Source: a virus
Taxonomy: Duplodnaviria; Caudoviricetes
Length of the DNA stretch: 64,000 bases
IMG/VR virus record: IMGVR_UViG_3300020037_003256
Location: 64,001 to 128,000 of that record
Direction: 5' to 3' (one strand)
The translations under genes and the position numbers were made by a program. Below, piece by piece: positions 19,427-28,800 of this stretch (position 1 is its first letter; every line of letters starts with the position of its first letter). A model generated the notes under the pieces. The model did no database searches. It was not told where the DNA came from and saw only the letters and a list, made by a program, of their open reading frames with translations.

Positions 19427-20617
19427 TTATTTCCTACTGTAGAAGTTCTTAATGGTCTCCACCACGTAAGCGACATCCTCGTCGGTTAGGTATTGGTGGC
19501 AACCAATGTAAAATGCGTTATCAATCAACCACGATGCCACTGGGTTCTGCTCTCGCAAGTTTCCGTACCTGCAATACACAGGTTGGTTTACCAGTGGCAA
19601 CAAATCTCTCGTCTCGATCCCACGCTCTTCCAGGTATTGCGTGAGCTTCGGTTTGTCCCCCGCACGCAAGCACACCATTGGGAACATCATGTACACATGC
19701 TCGCACTGGTACGCTACGCGTGGTAACTGCAACACATCCTGCAGGTCGTCCAGGCCGGTCAGATACTTGGTAGCGATCCCCTTGCGTGCGGATACAATTT
19801 CGTCTTTGCGCTCGAGTTGTGCCAGACCAATTGCTGCCTCCAGCTCGGTACACCGGAAACTGTGCCCAATGCTCGTAAACTTGAACCTGCGATCGATAAC
19901 TTCTTTGAGCTTATCCCCGGTTAGCCCGTCATCGTCATCAATGCTTAGATAGATCCCATCCCTACCGTGGTTCATTAAGCTACGCAATTTGACAGCCACG
20001 TCTGGGTTCGAAGTAGTAGCCAGACCGCCAACCCCAGTGACGATGTAGTGAGCCATGTAAGTGCTGAAGCACCCAATGTCTCCCCACGATCCCACCTTGC
20101 GACCAGCACAACTGGCAAAGGTAGTCTCACAGCTGTCTTCAATAATCCGGAGGTCTTTCACTTTGGCAAAATTGGCAATCGCTGGCATCTCTGCAGACTG
20201 GCCCGTAAGGTGCACTGGGATGATTGCCCGGGTGCGTTCTGTGCAGGCCTCAAATAGCTTCATGGTGTCGATGTTGTAGGTGTACGGGTCCACATCCACG
20301 AACACGGGAACCATATTATTATGTATAACCACATTTGCCGTTGCTACGAACGTCGTAGCCGGCACCAAAACCTCGTCCCCGTCTTTCCACCCATGAAGCT
20401 CTTTGAGGGCCTGTAATGCGATATGGAGGGCCGAAGTACCGGAGTTACAGAACACGGCGAACTTGGAATCGTGTTCTTTGGCCCACAATTCTTCAAAAGC
20501 TTTGGAAAACGGGCCATAGGAGAGACGTCCGCTCAGCATTACCCGATTGACGTACGCCCACTCCTTGGAACCCGGTTTGAAATCGCCCACTGTAACTTGC
20601 CGTCCTTGGCTTCCCAT
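19427..20617 (-). CDS. DegT/DnrJ/EryC1/StrS-fold enzyme, His-type (ColD/E1-like dehydratase)
   Basis: NSGTSAL, PATTF.AT, IIEDSCE, FSTYMAHYIVTGVGG with His at the usual catalytic Lys position. Confidence 0.85.
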   Translation of the reverse strand: MGSQGRQVTVGDFKPGSKEWAYVNRVMLSGRLSYGPFSKAFEELWAKEHDSKFAVFCNSGTSALHIALQALKELHGWKDGDEVLVPATTFVATANVVIHNNMVPVFVDVDPYTYNIDTMKLFEACTERTRAIIPVHLTGQSAEMPAIANFAKVKDLRIIEDSCETTFASCAGRKVGSWGDIGCFSTYMAHYIVTGVGGLATTSNPDVAVKLRSLMNHGRDGIYLSIDDDDGLTGDKLKEVIDRRFKFTSIGHSFRCTELEAAIGLAQLERKDEIVSARKGIATKYLTGLDDLQDVLQLPRVAYQCEHVYMMFPMVCLRAGDKPKLTQYLEERGIETRDLLPLVNQPVYCRYGNLREQNPVASWLIDNAFYIGCHQYLTDEDVAYVVETIKNFYSRK

Positions 20618-20626
20618 ATCGCTCTC

Positions 20627-21442
20627 CTAGCTCACGAACTTTAAATAATCTGGGTGCAACCCGTTAGTCGGTCGCCAGTCCTCCTTGACCCCAAACTTAG
20701 CCACTGCAGCTTTCACTTCTTCTGCAGTTACGGCCCCGTCCGCTAAAGCAAGCTTCAATGCGGTTTTCCACAAGTAGGCCAGCGGGTGGCTCGGTTTGTA
20801 CCAAGGTTGCTCCGGCTCCTTGGTGTAGTGTAACAACTTCGTGTGTCCAAGTGTGTAGACGTTTAAGTTGTTCCACGTCTTTTCGATGCGGGTGGGTGCA
20901 GCCGCGGTCCACCAAGGCGTCCGTGCGATCTTTGACGCCGAATCGACATCGAACATCTGGCAATGCATAAACTTGGCATATGTATCCCGAAGAGCTCCGC
21001 TTAGTAATGCAAGTACCCGCGGCATATGCCAGCCACCTTCGTTTTGTGCCCTTTCACAGTCAATCACCATTACAGAGGTCTGCGGTGCTGGGGTCTTGTT
21101 GTACTTATCAGGCTGATAGGTACACCAAATGGACGCGTCTGCAGACGGTTGTTGATCTGGCTTTGTCCATAGGTCTGCGATGTCGGACAACACCAGCTGA
21201 TCGGCATCTAGGTAAATCGCCCGTCCCGTCCAGTTACAAAACGCCGGAATCATCCAACGCCGCAGGGAGAACCCTGTACCAACGGTCAGCCCTTCTGTGG
21301 AGTATTCCCACTCTGGGCCAATCATGGGCACGATCTGAACGTCAGACTTGGTGGTTTTCCGAATGCTGTGTTCCAGCACCTTGCGCGCAATTTCTGTTTT
21401 GGGTTCGGTTCCAATAAAGATACGAATTGGTCCGTCACTCAT
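20627..21442 (-). CDS. glycosyltransferase (GT8-like)
   Basis: IRIFIG..TGFS..RW.IP..AIYLDADQL..DI..L..SVMVID..WN..LLHYT..QPW. Confidence 0.75.
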   Translation of the reverse strand: MSDGPIRIFIGTEPKTEIARKVLEHSIRKTTKSDVQIVPMIGPEWEYSTEGLTVGTGFSLRRWMIPAFCNWTGRAIYLDADQLVLSDIADLWTKPDQQPSADASIWCTYQPDKYNKTPAPQTSVMVIDCERAQNEGGWHMPRVLALLSGALRDTYAKFMHCQMFDVDSASKIARTPWWTAAAPTRIEKTWNNLNVYTLGHTKLLHYTKEPEQPWYKPSHPLAYLWKTALKLALADGAVTAEEVKAAVAKFGVKEDWRPTNGLHPDYLKFVS

Positions 21443-22119
21443 TCTCTGTCTCTCTTGGGTCCTTGTGTTGGGCACTGGTTTCCTCGCGGATCGCCTTGGC
21501 AGCCTTGTGGGGCCGCACATACCGAACACGGCGTTCCAACCACTTCAGCACTCTTTTCCACAGGTTTGGCATCTTGCTTTTCTTCCTTAGGAACGGGTTC
21601 GGATTCGCCGCGTTTGTATTTGTCCACAATGTCCAACACGGTCTCTCGCAGCAGGTCCATTCCGCCACTAGCAAACAGTTTCGCTTTCTGGTCGTCTGAT
21701 AAGCTTCGCATCACTTCCAGATACAAGGCTCGATCTTGAAAGCTTAACGTAGCTGGTGGCTCAGCTGAGTGACGATCTGCACCCCAAAGCGGATTTGCCC
21801 GAATGTAGGTGTCGATCTCTTCCGCCGTTAGCACGTCCGCTGTTGTGGTGAAGTTGCTGGCATCTCTGCCACTGTAGGCACCACGTTCTAGCGTGATTTC
21901 GTGGCTGTGAGGATTCTTACGCATTCCGACCAGCATTGCCGGTTCTTCGGGTACAGGCTTTGGAATCTCTCCACCAATCTCTGTGCTTTTCTTTACCGGT
22001 TGCTCAAGCACTTCTGGAGAAGCAATACAATCAGGAAGCACGAACTGTGACGAAATGGATTCTTCTTCCTTAGGTTTTCGCCACAGCCGAGCCAGCCAAT
22101 TCTTTAGGCCTTTCAACAT
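21439..22119 (-). CDS. hypothetical protein, paralogue of 22113-22706
   Basis: shared ATLSxxDR..AKLxAxGG..ETxL domain. Confidence 0.65.
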   Translation of the reverse strand: MLKGLKNWLARLWRKPKEEESISSQFVLPDCIASPEVLEQPVKKSTEIGGEIPKPVPEEPAMLVGMRKNPHSHEITLERGAYSGRDASNFTTTADVLTAEEIDTYIRANPLWGADRHSAEPPATLSFQDRALYLEVMRSLSDDQKAKLFASGGMDLLRETVLDIVDKYKRGESEPVPKEEKQDAKPVEKSAEVVGTPCSVCAAPQGCQGDPRGNQCPTQGPKRDRE

Positions 22120-22706
22120 TTCTCTTTACTCTTTGCGATACGGGACAGGATTGTCTCGTGCACAAAGCTTATACCACCTGCGGCATACAACTTCGCACGC
22201 TCTGTCCCCGACATGTTGTTAAGAATCGTAGTATACGCCAGCCTGTCTTCTGGTGACAAGGTAGCATCTGGTCCCAACGCACTACCGGATGTAGACGCCT
22301 TTGTCGCTACAATGGCGTCCATTTCTTCCGGAGTAAGTGCCGTAGCTTTTGCGGTAAAGACAAGCGTATCACGATACGTCTTTAGGTTCTTGTCTTCTCG
22401 CTTGGCTGCAGCGTCGTACGGATCTTCCTGCTTTTCCTGCGCCGGCACTGCAGACATGTCGCTCAGGTACTCTAAAGCAGACGCCGATCCTGCTATGCGT
22501 AGACCACTGGCCCTTAAGTTGTTGACGTTCACAGGATCAGCCGGAAAGTGTTCAGGCGGAATGCACATAGACTGAATCACTTCGGTCAAAAACGCCTCAC
22601 GATCTCCGGTTGGCACTGTCGGTGCCTCACCAGGTTGCGGTGCCATGTCTTCGAACTTGTATTCTGGTTGTTTCACTTCTTCTTTTGCGGGTTCCACGGT
22701 ATGCAC
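22113..22706 (-). CDS. hypothetical protein, paralogue of 21439-22119
   Basis: shared C-terminal helical domain. Confidence 0.65.
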   Translation of the reverse strand: MHTVEPAKEEVKQPEYKFEDMAPQPGEAPTVPTGDREAFLTEVIQSMCIPPEHFPADPVNVNNLRASGLRIAGSASALEYLSDMSAVPAQEKQEDPYDAAAKREDKNLKTYRDTLVFTAKATALTPEEMDAIVATKASTSGSALGPDATLSPEDRLAYTTILNNMSGTERAKLYAAGGISFVHETILSRIAKSKEKC

Positions 22707-22718
22707 CTTTAAGTTAAG

Positions 22719-22738
22719 GCTAAAAAACGTTTTTTGAA
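22719..22738. repeat. dispersed palindrome, copy 3 (intergenic)
   Basis: GCTAAAAAACGTTTTTTGAA. Confidence 0.8.
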
Positions 22739-22739
22739 A

Positions 22740-22976
22740 TCACTCATCACGCTTGCATGATAGGCCGAACTGTCCTGCAACTGAAGCCCAGAACGCGTCG
22801 TTAGGCCTCATGTCTTTTGGTGTGCCCTTGTACCGAATCGTTTGAAACAAATCATCAGAACCACGTGCTTCCATGTCGCGTCTGAAAGCTTCCAATTCTC
22901 GGCACAAAGCCTCGTCAGCCGCAGCATACATTTCCTGCATTATGCTGCAGTTAATCACGTCAGGTTCCATGCTCAT
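22740..22976 (-). CDS. hypothetical protein
   Basis: ATGA overlap with the upstream gene. Confidence 0.6.
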   Translation of the reverse strand: MSMEPDVINCSIMQEMYAAADEALCRELEAFRRDMEARGSDDLFQTIRYKGTPKDMRPNDAFWASVAGQFGLSCKRDE

Positions 22977-23302
22977 TGCTCCGGTAAGATCTCTTCAATT
23001 TCCTTGTACAGCCCGTACGCGTCCCAGCCCCAGCGAGGCTGCGGGCCACATAACAACGCAAGCACCTTGACAAGCTTTTCTTCGTCCCAAGGCACTTCCT
23101 TAAGTTCGACACGATAATTGCTGCCACCCTTGCCGTCATAGATTGCCAGACTAAGCGTGTTTTCCAGAATAGTCAGATCCACGTCAAAGCTGACTAGGTT
23201 TATGATTTTGCATCGGAGCAAGGTTGTCCATGCAGCGATTTCTTCTTTAAGTCTCGCAGTCACTTTCAGTACCTCTGGCAAGTTCGCTCTTGATTCTTTC
23301 AA
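22973..23302 (-). CDS. hypothetical protein
   Basis: ORF track; start uncertain. Confidence 0.5.
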   Translation of the reverse strand: MKESRANLPEVLKVTARLKEEIAAWTTLLRCKIINLVSFDVDLTILENTLSLAIYDGKGGSNYRVELKEVPWDEEKLVKVLALLCGPQPRWGWDAYGLYKEIEEILPEQ

Positions 23303-23507
23303 TAAGCCGTAAAGCGTATTCCCTGCTTACGGTCAGCCCAATGTTTTTACCGTCCCCAACGAAAGCGATATCGATCTTTGTTGTGTCTCCGTACGGACAG
23401 ATTGCGTACATGTGCCTTAGCGGTCTGACCGCACCTTGCCCGACCTGCAAGGTGCCACGTAGTTCAACACTCTTCTGTGTTACGTGGGCTTTACGCTCGT
23501 CAGCCAT
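23247..23507 (-). CDS. hypothetical protein
   Basis: GGAGG SD before MADERK. Confidence 0.55.
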   Translation of the reverse strand: MADERKAHVTQKSVELRGTLQVGQGAVRPLRHMYAICPYGDTTKIDIAFVGDGKNIGLTVSREYALRLIERIKSELARGTESDCET

Positions 23508-23976
23508 CCTTGCGTACCTCCGCTGCTGCATCTACCTGGGCTTTTGAGAGGTATCGCCAGAACTTGTCGTCTTCTTCTTTTATGATGTCGCTAATGGTTT
23601 GGCCCGTGGCACGCTCTGGCGGCTTGGGTGCTTCCGTTTTCTCCGCCGCGTCTATTGCTTCCAGGCGTTCCAATAATGCTTTTGCCTCTGCCACAGCTGC
23701 GTCCGATTCTGCAACGGTTGGTAGCTCAACGAGATTTGCCAGGGACGCCAAAGTTTTCTCTCGGGCTTTTGCTATGTCCTCTTCCAGCTTGGCGAACGTA
23801 CCTTCCGGTCGCTTTATTAGCTCATCTTCCGTGATGCCTAGCTCCCGTAACAGCCGTTGGCATTCGAGCCTTGTCTTCTTGTACTCTTCGGTTAGCGCCA
23901 TGATCCGGTCGACCTGTGCGCTAACTCGTTTACAATCTTCGTCTGTTGGTGGGGTTCGTTTTTCTTTTTTGGACAT
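23500..23976 (-). CDS. coiled-coil hypothetical protein
   Basis: charged helical composition. Confidence 0.65.
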   Translation of the reverse strand: MSKKEKRTPPTDEDCKRVSAQVDRIMALTEEYKKTRLECQRLLRELGITEDELIKRPEGTFAKLEEDIAKAREKTLASLANLVELPTVAESDAAVAEAKALLERLEAIDAAEKTEAPKPPERATGQTISDIIKEEDDKFWRYLSKAQVDAAAEVRKDG

Positions 23977-24601
23977 TTCCACGTTTCTCCGCAATTGGTA
24001 GGCGTACCCAGGTGCCTTTGGCTTTACGCAAGGTACGCTCTATTTCCTTTGTTTGCACGTCAAATGTCTTCTGCCCGTTGGCCAGACACGTATTGGTTTT
24101 GAATGCCTTTCCATAGGCCGTACCACCGTCTACGCCGATCGAGTAAATGGCTTTGAGCCCTGCCGCTGTCAGGATATTGAATGCTGCAACGGCACTAAAG
24201 TACCGCAAACGAATGGTAGGGAGCTTTGGGTGTTTAACTCGAGCGCAACCGGTTGTCGAGTTATAGGACACGACTCTGGCACCCAACTCCACCACTTTGG
24301 GGTATTCCAGCAGGGTTTTGGTCCCTGGCTTGAATTGCACGTGTGGATGCCAGGGCAAACACACTAAACAGTTCAACTGCTTTAGGCGCTCGAGATTCGC
24401 CTCGAAGGCCTCCATATCTACGAAATGGGCAATGTGCGGCACAACCACTTCGCAGGCATGATTCAGTGTAAAAACAAAATGACCGTCCAGTGCCACCTGG
24501 TTAAGGTAATTACTGGACGGTCCCTTACCGACTATCAGCCACTTCCTTGCAGCTGTTGCGGATATGTTCCGCACTGCTTCAACTACCGACTGGGTTTGCA
24601 T
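23930..24601 (-). CDS. second DUF115/MptE-like protein
   Basis: WLIVGKGPS..FTLNHA..AHFVD..YSIGVDGG. Confidence 0.6.
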   Translation of the reverse strand: MQTQSVVEAVRNISATAARKWLIVGKGPSSNYLNQVALDGHFVFTLNHACEVVVPHIAHFVDMEAFEANLERLKQLNCLVCLPWHPHVQFKPGTKTLLEYPKVVELGARVVSYNSTTGCARVKHPKLPTIRLRYFSAVAAFNILTAAGLKAIYSIGVDGGTAYGKAFKTNTCLANGQKTFDVQTKEIERTLRKAKGTWVRLPIAEKRGNVQKRKTNPTNRRRL

Positions 24602-25037
24602 CACTAGCAACAACGGTTAGAGAGATAGGGTCGAACCGAATGGTGCCAGTGCACCACGCTTCCAGCGTCTCCATTGTACATGGCGACTTCAACTTAGTTA
24701 TCGAACCGAAACTGTTGATAAGCGTCAGTACGCGTTTCCAGTCCGGTGGATGCGGGTCCTTAGGTGCCTCACGTTTAAACTTAGTTCGGCGTTCCACGGG
24801 ATAGAATGCCTTACCACGAATAAACGCATAAGCAATAAGGCTCGATCTTTGTTCAGCCCGAACTACTTTCGTGCGGTGCTTCTTAAGCGTGAGCGCCACT
24901 TCTGACGTCAGGGTTAAACCGATTTTTGTTTTAACATTTCCCTTACTCCTGGCTTTGTCCTCTGCAGAACGGATGATACGTGCTTCTGCAGCTAAACTTT
25001 TAATCTTAACTTTCAATTCCATAACACGTGTTCTCAT
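24579..25037 (-). CDS. basic helical phage protein of unknown function under leader control
   Basis: LKVKIKSLAAEARIIR..HR..VVR.EQR..LIAYAFIRG; its SD AAGGAG lies in a hairpin. Confidence 0.8.
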   Translation of the reverse strand: MRTRVMELKVKIKSLAAEARIIRSAEDKARSKGNVKTKIGLTLTSEVALTLKKHRTKVVRAEQRSSLIAYAFIRGKAFYPVERRTKFKREAPKDPHPPDWKRVLTLINSFGSITKLKSPCTMETLEAWCTGTIRFDPISLTVVASDANPVGS

Positions 25038-25097
25038 GTTCGTCGTCTCCTTGTTAGGAGAACGACACTAGGTAACTATTTCACAGTCTCATCCTCC
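25034..25097 (-). promoter_or_regulatory. amber-containing leader ORF plus anti-SD hairpin
   Basis: GGAGG (25097-93), 8 nt, GTG AAA TAG, 13 further sense codons, then TGA overlapping the ATG at 25037; hairpin GTCGTTCTCCT-AACA-AGGAGACGAC (25066-25042). Confidence 0.7.
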
Positions 25098-25120
25098 AAC
25101 TAAACTAACAACACGGGCGA

Positions 25121-25193
25121 AGTTCTCGGCGGGACTCGAACCCGCAACCGGCGCTTTTAGAGAGCGTTGCTCTACCAATTGAGCTACGAGAAC
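25121..25193 (-). tRNA. tRNA with CUA anticodon (amber suppressor)
   Basis: GTTCTCG/CGAGAAC acceptor, GCTC-AATTGGTA-GAGC D arm, ACGCT-CTCTAAA-AGCGC anticodon arm (CTA at 25160-58), GCGGG-TTCGAGT-CCCGC T arm; no encoded CCA. Confidence 0.9.
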
Positions 25194-25199
25194 AGGGTA

Positions 25200-25484
25200 C
25201 TAATTACCCTCATCTTCGTCATCAAGTCTGGACGACACCGGATAGCTATTTGTAGGTTCGCCTTTGGAGAAGTCAACGTTGGCAAACTGCTGTGCCAAGC
25301 TCTTTTCTCTCAGACGGTCCACTACCGCTTGCACAGGGGCAGCTTGGCTATCGAATTCCCAAGCCGGATCCGCCTTAGCCATCTCATCCATTTCCTTTTT
25401 GAACTCTTCCGCTATAGCTGAACCGAAACAGAATTCCAGCTTCTTAGCGTACGTGGACATTCGTAGCAAATGCGTAGACCGCAT
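25200..25484 (-). CDS. hypothetical protein
   Basis: AAGGAG SD. Confidence 0.6.
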   Translation of the reverse strand: MRSTHLLRMSTYAKKLEFCFGSAIAEEFKKEMDEMAKADPAWEFDSQAAPVQAVVDRLREKSLAQQFANVDFSKGEPTNSYPVSSRLDDEDEGN

Positions 25485-25489
25485 ATCTG

Positions 25490-25858
25490 TTACTCCTTCT
25501 TAGGCTTGTTTCTGCCCCCGGGAGATCCTCGAAAGATATCCTCACCCTCGATACGACCGTAGTAAACCTCCATGAGCTTTACGTTGGTCAGAGCCTCGAA
25601 TTGGTGCATGGTAAACGGTTCAACCGAAAGCACGCATCCCTCTGTAAGCGTATGGGTCGTGATACGCTTACTTTGGTCCCAAACGTGCACCAAAAGAGTT
25701 CCACGCATCACATAGAACTCATTGGTTTTCGCTAAGTGGTAATGTTCGCTGGAGAATCCGCCCTTGCGGATCTCCGCGTACCATACCTCATGCGTTGCAT
25801 CCCGAAAAGCACAATAGGTTTTACCCCACGGTTTTTTTACCTCTTGGAGCTTTTTCAT
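25490..25858 (-). CDS. cupin (sugar isomerase-like)
   Basis: KPWG, SSEHYH..K.NEFYV..G, P..MHQF. Confidence 0.8.
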   Translation of the reverse strand: MKKLQEVKKPWGKTYCAFRDATHEVWYAEIRKGGFSSEHYHLAKTNEFYVMRGTLLVHVWDQSKRITTHTLTEGCVLSVEPFTMHQFEALTNVKLMEVYYGRIEGEDIFRGSPGGRNKPKKE

Positions 25859-28800
25859 TCTTGCGTCCTTGCAAAGTTGTTAGGGTTCCGCATCATCTGA
25901 GAGATCTGTGCCAATCGCTGTTCGTTCTCCTGCTGCTGCAACCATTCGTCCCGAGACTGCGGAACGTTTGGCGGAGCCTGATTCACGGCCTGACCTCTTG
26001 GTCCAATCATACCACCTTGTTGCGGTTGCTGCCCCTGCTGTTGGTTTTGATTACCAAGTAGCAAAGGAAGCAACCCAGCTAGCGTAGATGCTCCGCCCAT
26101 ACCAGCCAATGCAGGCGATCCAGCTGCAATTCCGCCTGCACCACCCATAGCACCACCCAGAATCATGAGTTTCTGTAATGGACTCATGTTGTCTGGATTC
26201 ATTCCTAGGCTGCGGAATATACCATCTGCGTGGCCCATCATGCCACCCAACATACCTTTATTTCCGCCAATGGCCTGCAGAGGATCGAACTTGCCTTCTT
26301 GGTTCAGCAGACCACGTTGGGCCATGTATTTATCCGCAAAGTCTGCTGTGTGGTTTTGAATCTCTGGTAGCATTTCTGCCACTGTGCGACCTGCGGCATT
26401 TCGCATAGATCCTTCCATGCGATCTTCCAGTATGTTCAAACCACCACCAACTGTTGTGGCACCTAAAGCACCCACACCCAAAGCACGACCGACTAGCCCA
26501 GGACGAATACCTAAGCCACGCACAGCTCCAGTTTGCCCAGAACCAATGCGTGTACCGCCTTCCGACAACGTACGCCCAAATAGCGATGGCATGGGTCTGC
26601 CACGCACATAGGCATTAAGGGCTCGTGCGGGGTAGATCAGTGGTTTAAGGAACCCCATAGCAGCTTCGTTTCCGAAGTTGTTTAGTCCTTTGTTAGCGGC
26701 AGCAAACCCCTGATCCGCTTTGCTTAGGATGTTGTGCATCATGGGATTATTAGGAACATACGGCAGTCTGGCTCCGTGATAGTAGTTCGGATTCACGAGG
26801 TTCCCGGTCCCAAGATCAATTGTGTTGCGATTCGCCCCATTGGCATAAAACTTATTTATGCCCCGTTGCTTCAGTACGTGGGCTCCTTGTCCCATTGCAC
26901 CTAAACCCACACCTCCCCACGCTCCTGTGCGTGCAAATGCACCACCTGTGTCGTATCCGAGCAGTTTATCTGCCCCAACGTCCAAAGCCGTACCTGCCCC
27001 TGCGCCTACCCCGGCAAGACGCATACCAGCCATAGGCACTGAAAGACCACCACCTGCAGCTGTATTGGCATATCGCCGTAAACCAGGATTAAATGCAGCA
27101 GCACCAGCCGCCATACCTCGATAATTCAACTTAATGCCCAAACCTGGCACTGTCATATGGTCGCCGCCAAATCCAAGCTCATCCCCTGCAAATCCACCCC
27201 CTAAAGCCCCCATAGTCGTGGCACCGGCCTGGGCCTTAAAGCCGTTAGAGAAACCGCTTCCCCACGATGCAGGTGCATGTGCAGCTGTATTCGCAGCTCC
27301 CGCCGCAGCAGTGTTTGCCGTATTTGCTGCATTGTTTCCACCAGACCACCAATTCTTCAAACCTGTTCGTGCTTTGTTTAATCCTTCACCAAATCGGCTC
27401 CAAGGCCCTGCAATCTTTTCCAACGCTCCTTGCAGCTCATAAGCTGCGTCCGGTCCGTAGTCCATGCCCACTTTCTCTACGGCTAAGTGGGGATCTACCC
27501 CATCTGTAGCACAACGCAGAAAGAACCCTTTGGCAAAAGGGCTCAATTTGGAATACGTAGCCAGCTTCTCCACGGAGAATTGGTTTGCATTCCAAAAAAC
27601 GTTTTTTAGACTCGCTGTCTTCGAACCCAAGGCCATTGCCTCGCTCTGTACGTCTTCCGTGGCTTCTGCGTTCCCTATTGGGTTATCTGCCTGATGTTTG
27701 TCCTGCAACAAAGACTGCGTCACACCCATTTGGTGATTATCTCGCGGAGTAGGCTGCTGCCGCGGAGATGGCACTTTCGGGTTAGTAGGTAAAGGCAATG
27801 GCGGTGGATCCTGCATAGGACTGGTAGTAGGTGCCCCCGTTGTTGGGTCCGGTTGTGTAGGTGGGGGACCGCCAGGACCACCTGGTCCGCCTGGGCCGCC
27901 TGGGCCTGGAGGTGGCCCACCTTGCATTGCGTTAGGATCCTGCATAGGTGCTCCTGTCATAGGGTCTATGCTGGGTTGGCCCATTGTTCCGGGAATAGGT
28001 GCCCCGCCGTTAGGTGGTGGCATAGCCGGAAGGCCTGGTGGTGGAGGTGCCATACCGGCTGGAGGCACTGCCTGATTGGCCGTTAAACCTGGTGTAGGCG
28101 GCAGGGTGGCTGCATGCTTGAACAGAGTAGTTACGATTTTCGGCATGTATTGGGCGGCGGATTTAAGGGTGTCCCATCCAGGTTGTACGACCCCATACGG
28201 CCCCACCTTATTCCCCGGTGCAACCCCCGCCACCTGCTGTTGCTGTCCATTCCCCTGTGCAGCCCCCACATTCATACCAAACTGGGCTCCTGCAACGTTT
28301 CCTGCAAGATTTACCCCATTTCCGCCTCCATATCCTCCCTGTCCATTCCCTGCTCCTGCATACCCTCCCTGCCCACTTGGGCTAAAACCAGCACCTACAC
28401 TTTGTGGTTTATGCAGTGAACTTTGATGGGATTTAGTCAAAGATTTGGTGCCAGTTTGTGGATTTTGCGAAGAGCTAGTCTGCACTTCTGCTCTCTTAAC
28501 ATTTCCCTTGGCAGCTACCACAGCCAATTCCAACCAATCTGGTAGCGCCCTTGCTTCGCCCATTTTCGGCATAGGCATTTGATATTGGCCCTGCGGCATG
28601 GGAGTTTGTTGTTGTAAATTTTGGGTATTTTGCTGTTGTTGGGCTGCCTGTCCCACACCAGCAGCGGTAGCTAATCCGACCTTTCCTGGGGATGCTTTGG
28701 TCACAGGATTAGGATTTCTTTGTGCGGCATTAGCTGCTTGGGCAATACCGGAATTAGGCCCCATTCCGTACATAGATGGAAAGTGCATTTGTCCGCCTAG

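Noticed and set aside
25081-25092. Alternative leader ATG AGA CTG TGA
   Set aside because: The ATG directly abuts the GGAGG SD with zero spacing; the GTG 8 nt downstream fits much better
27850-27925. Short GC-rich repeats as a DNA repeat element
   Set aside because: Explained by the low-complexity PGGPGG peptide
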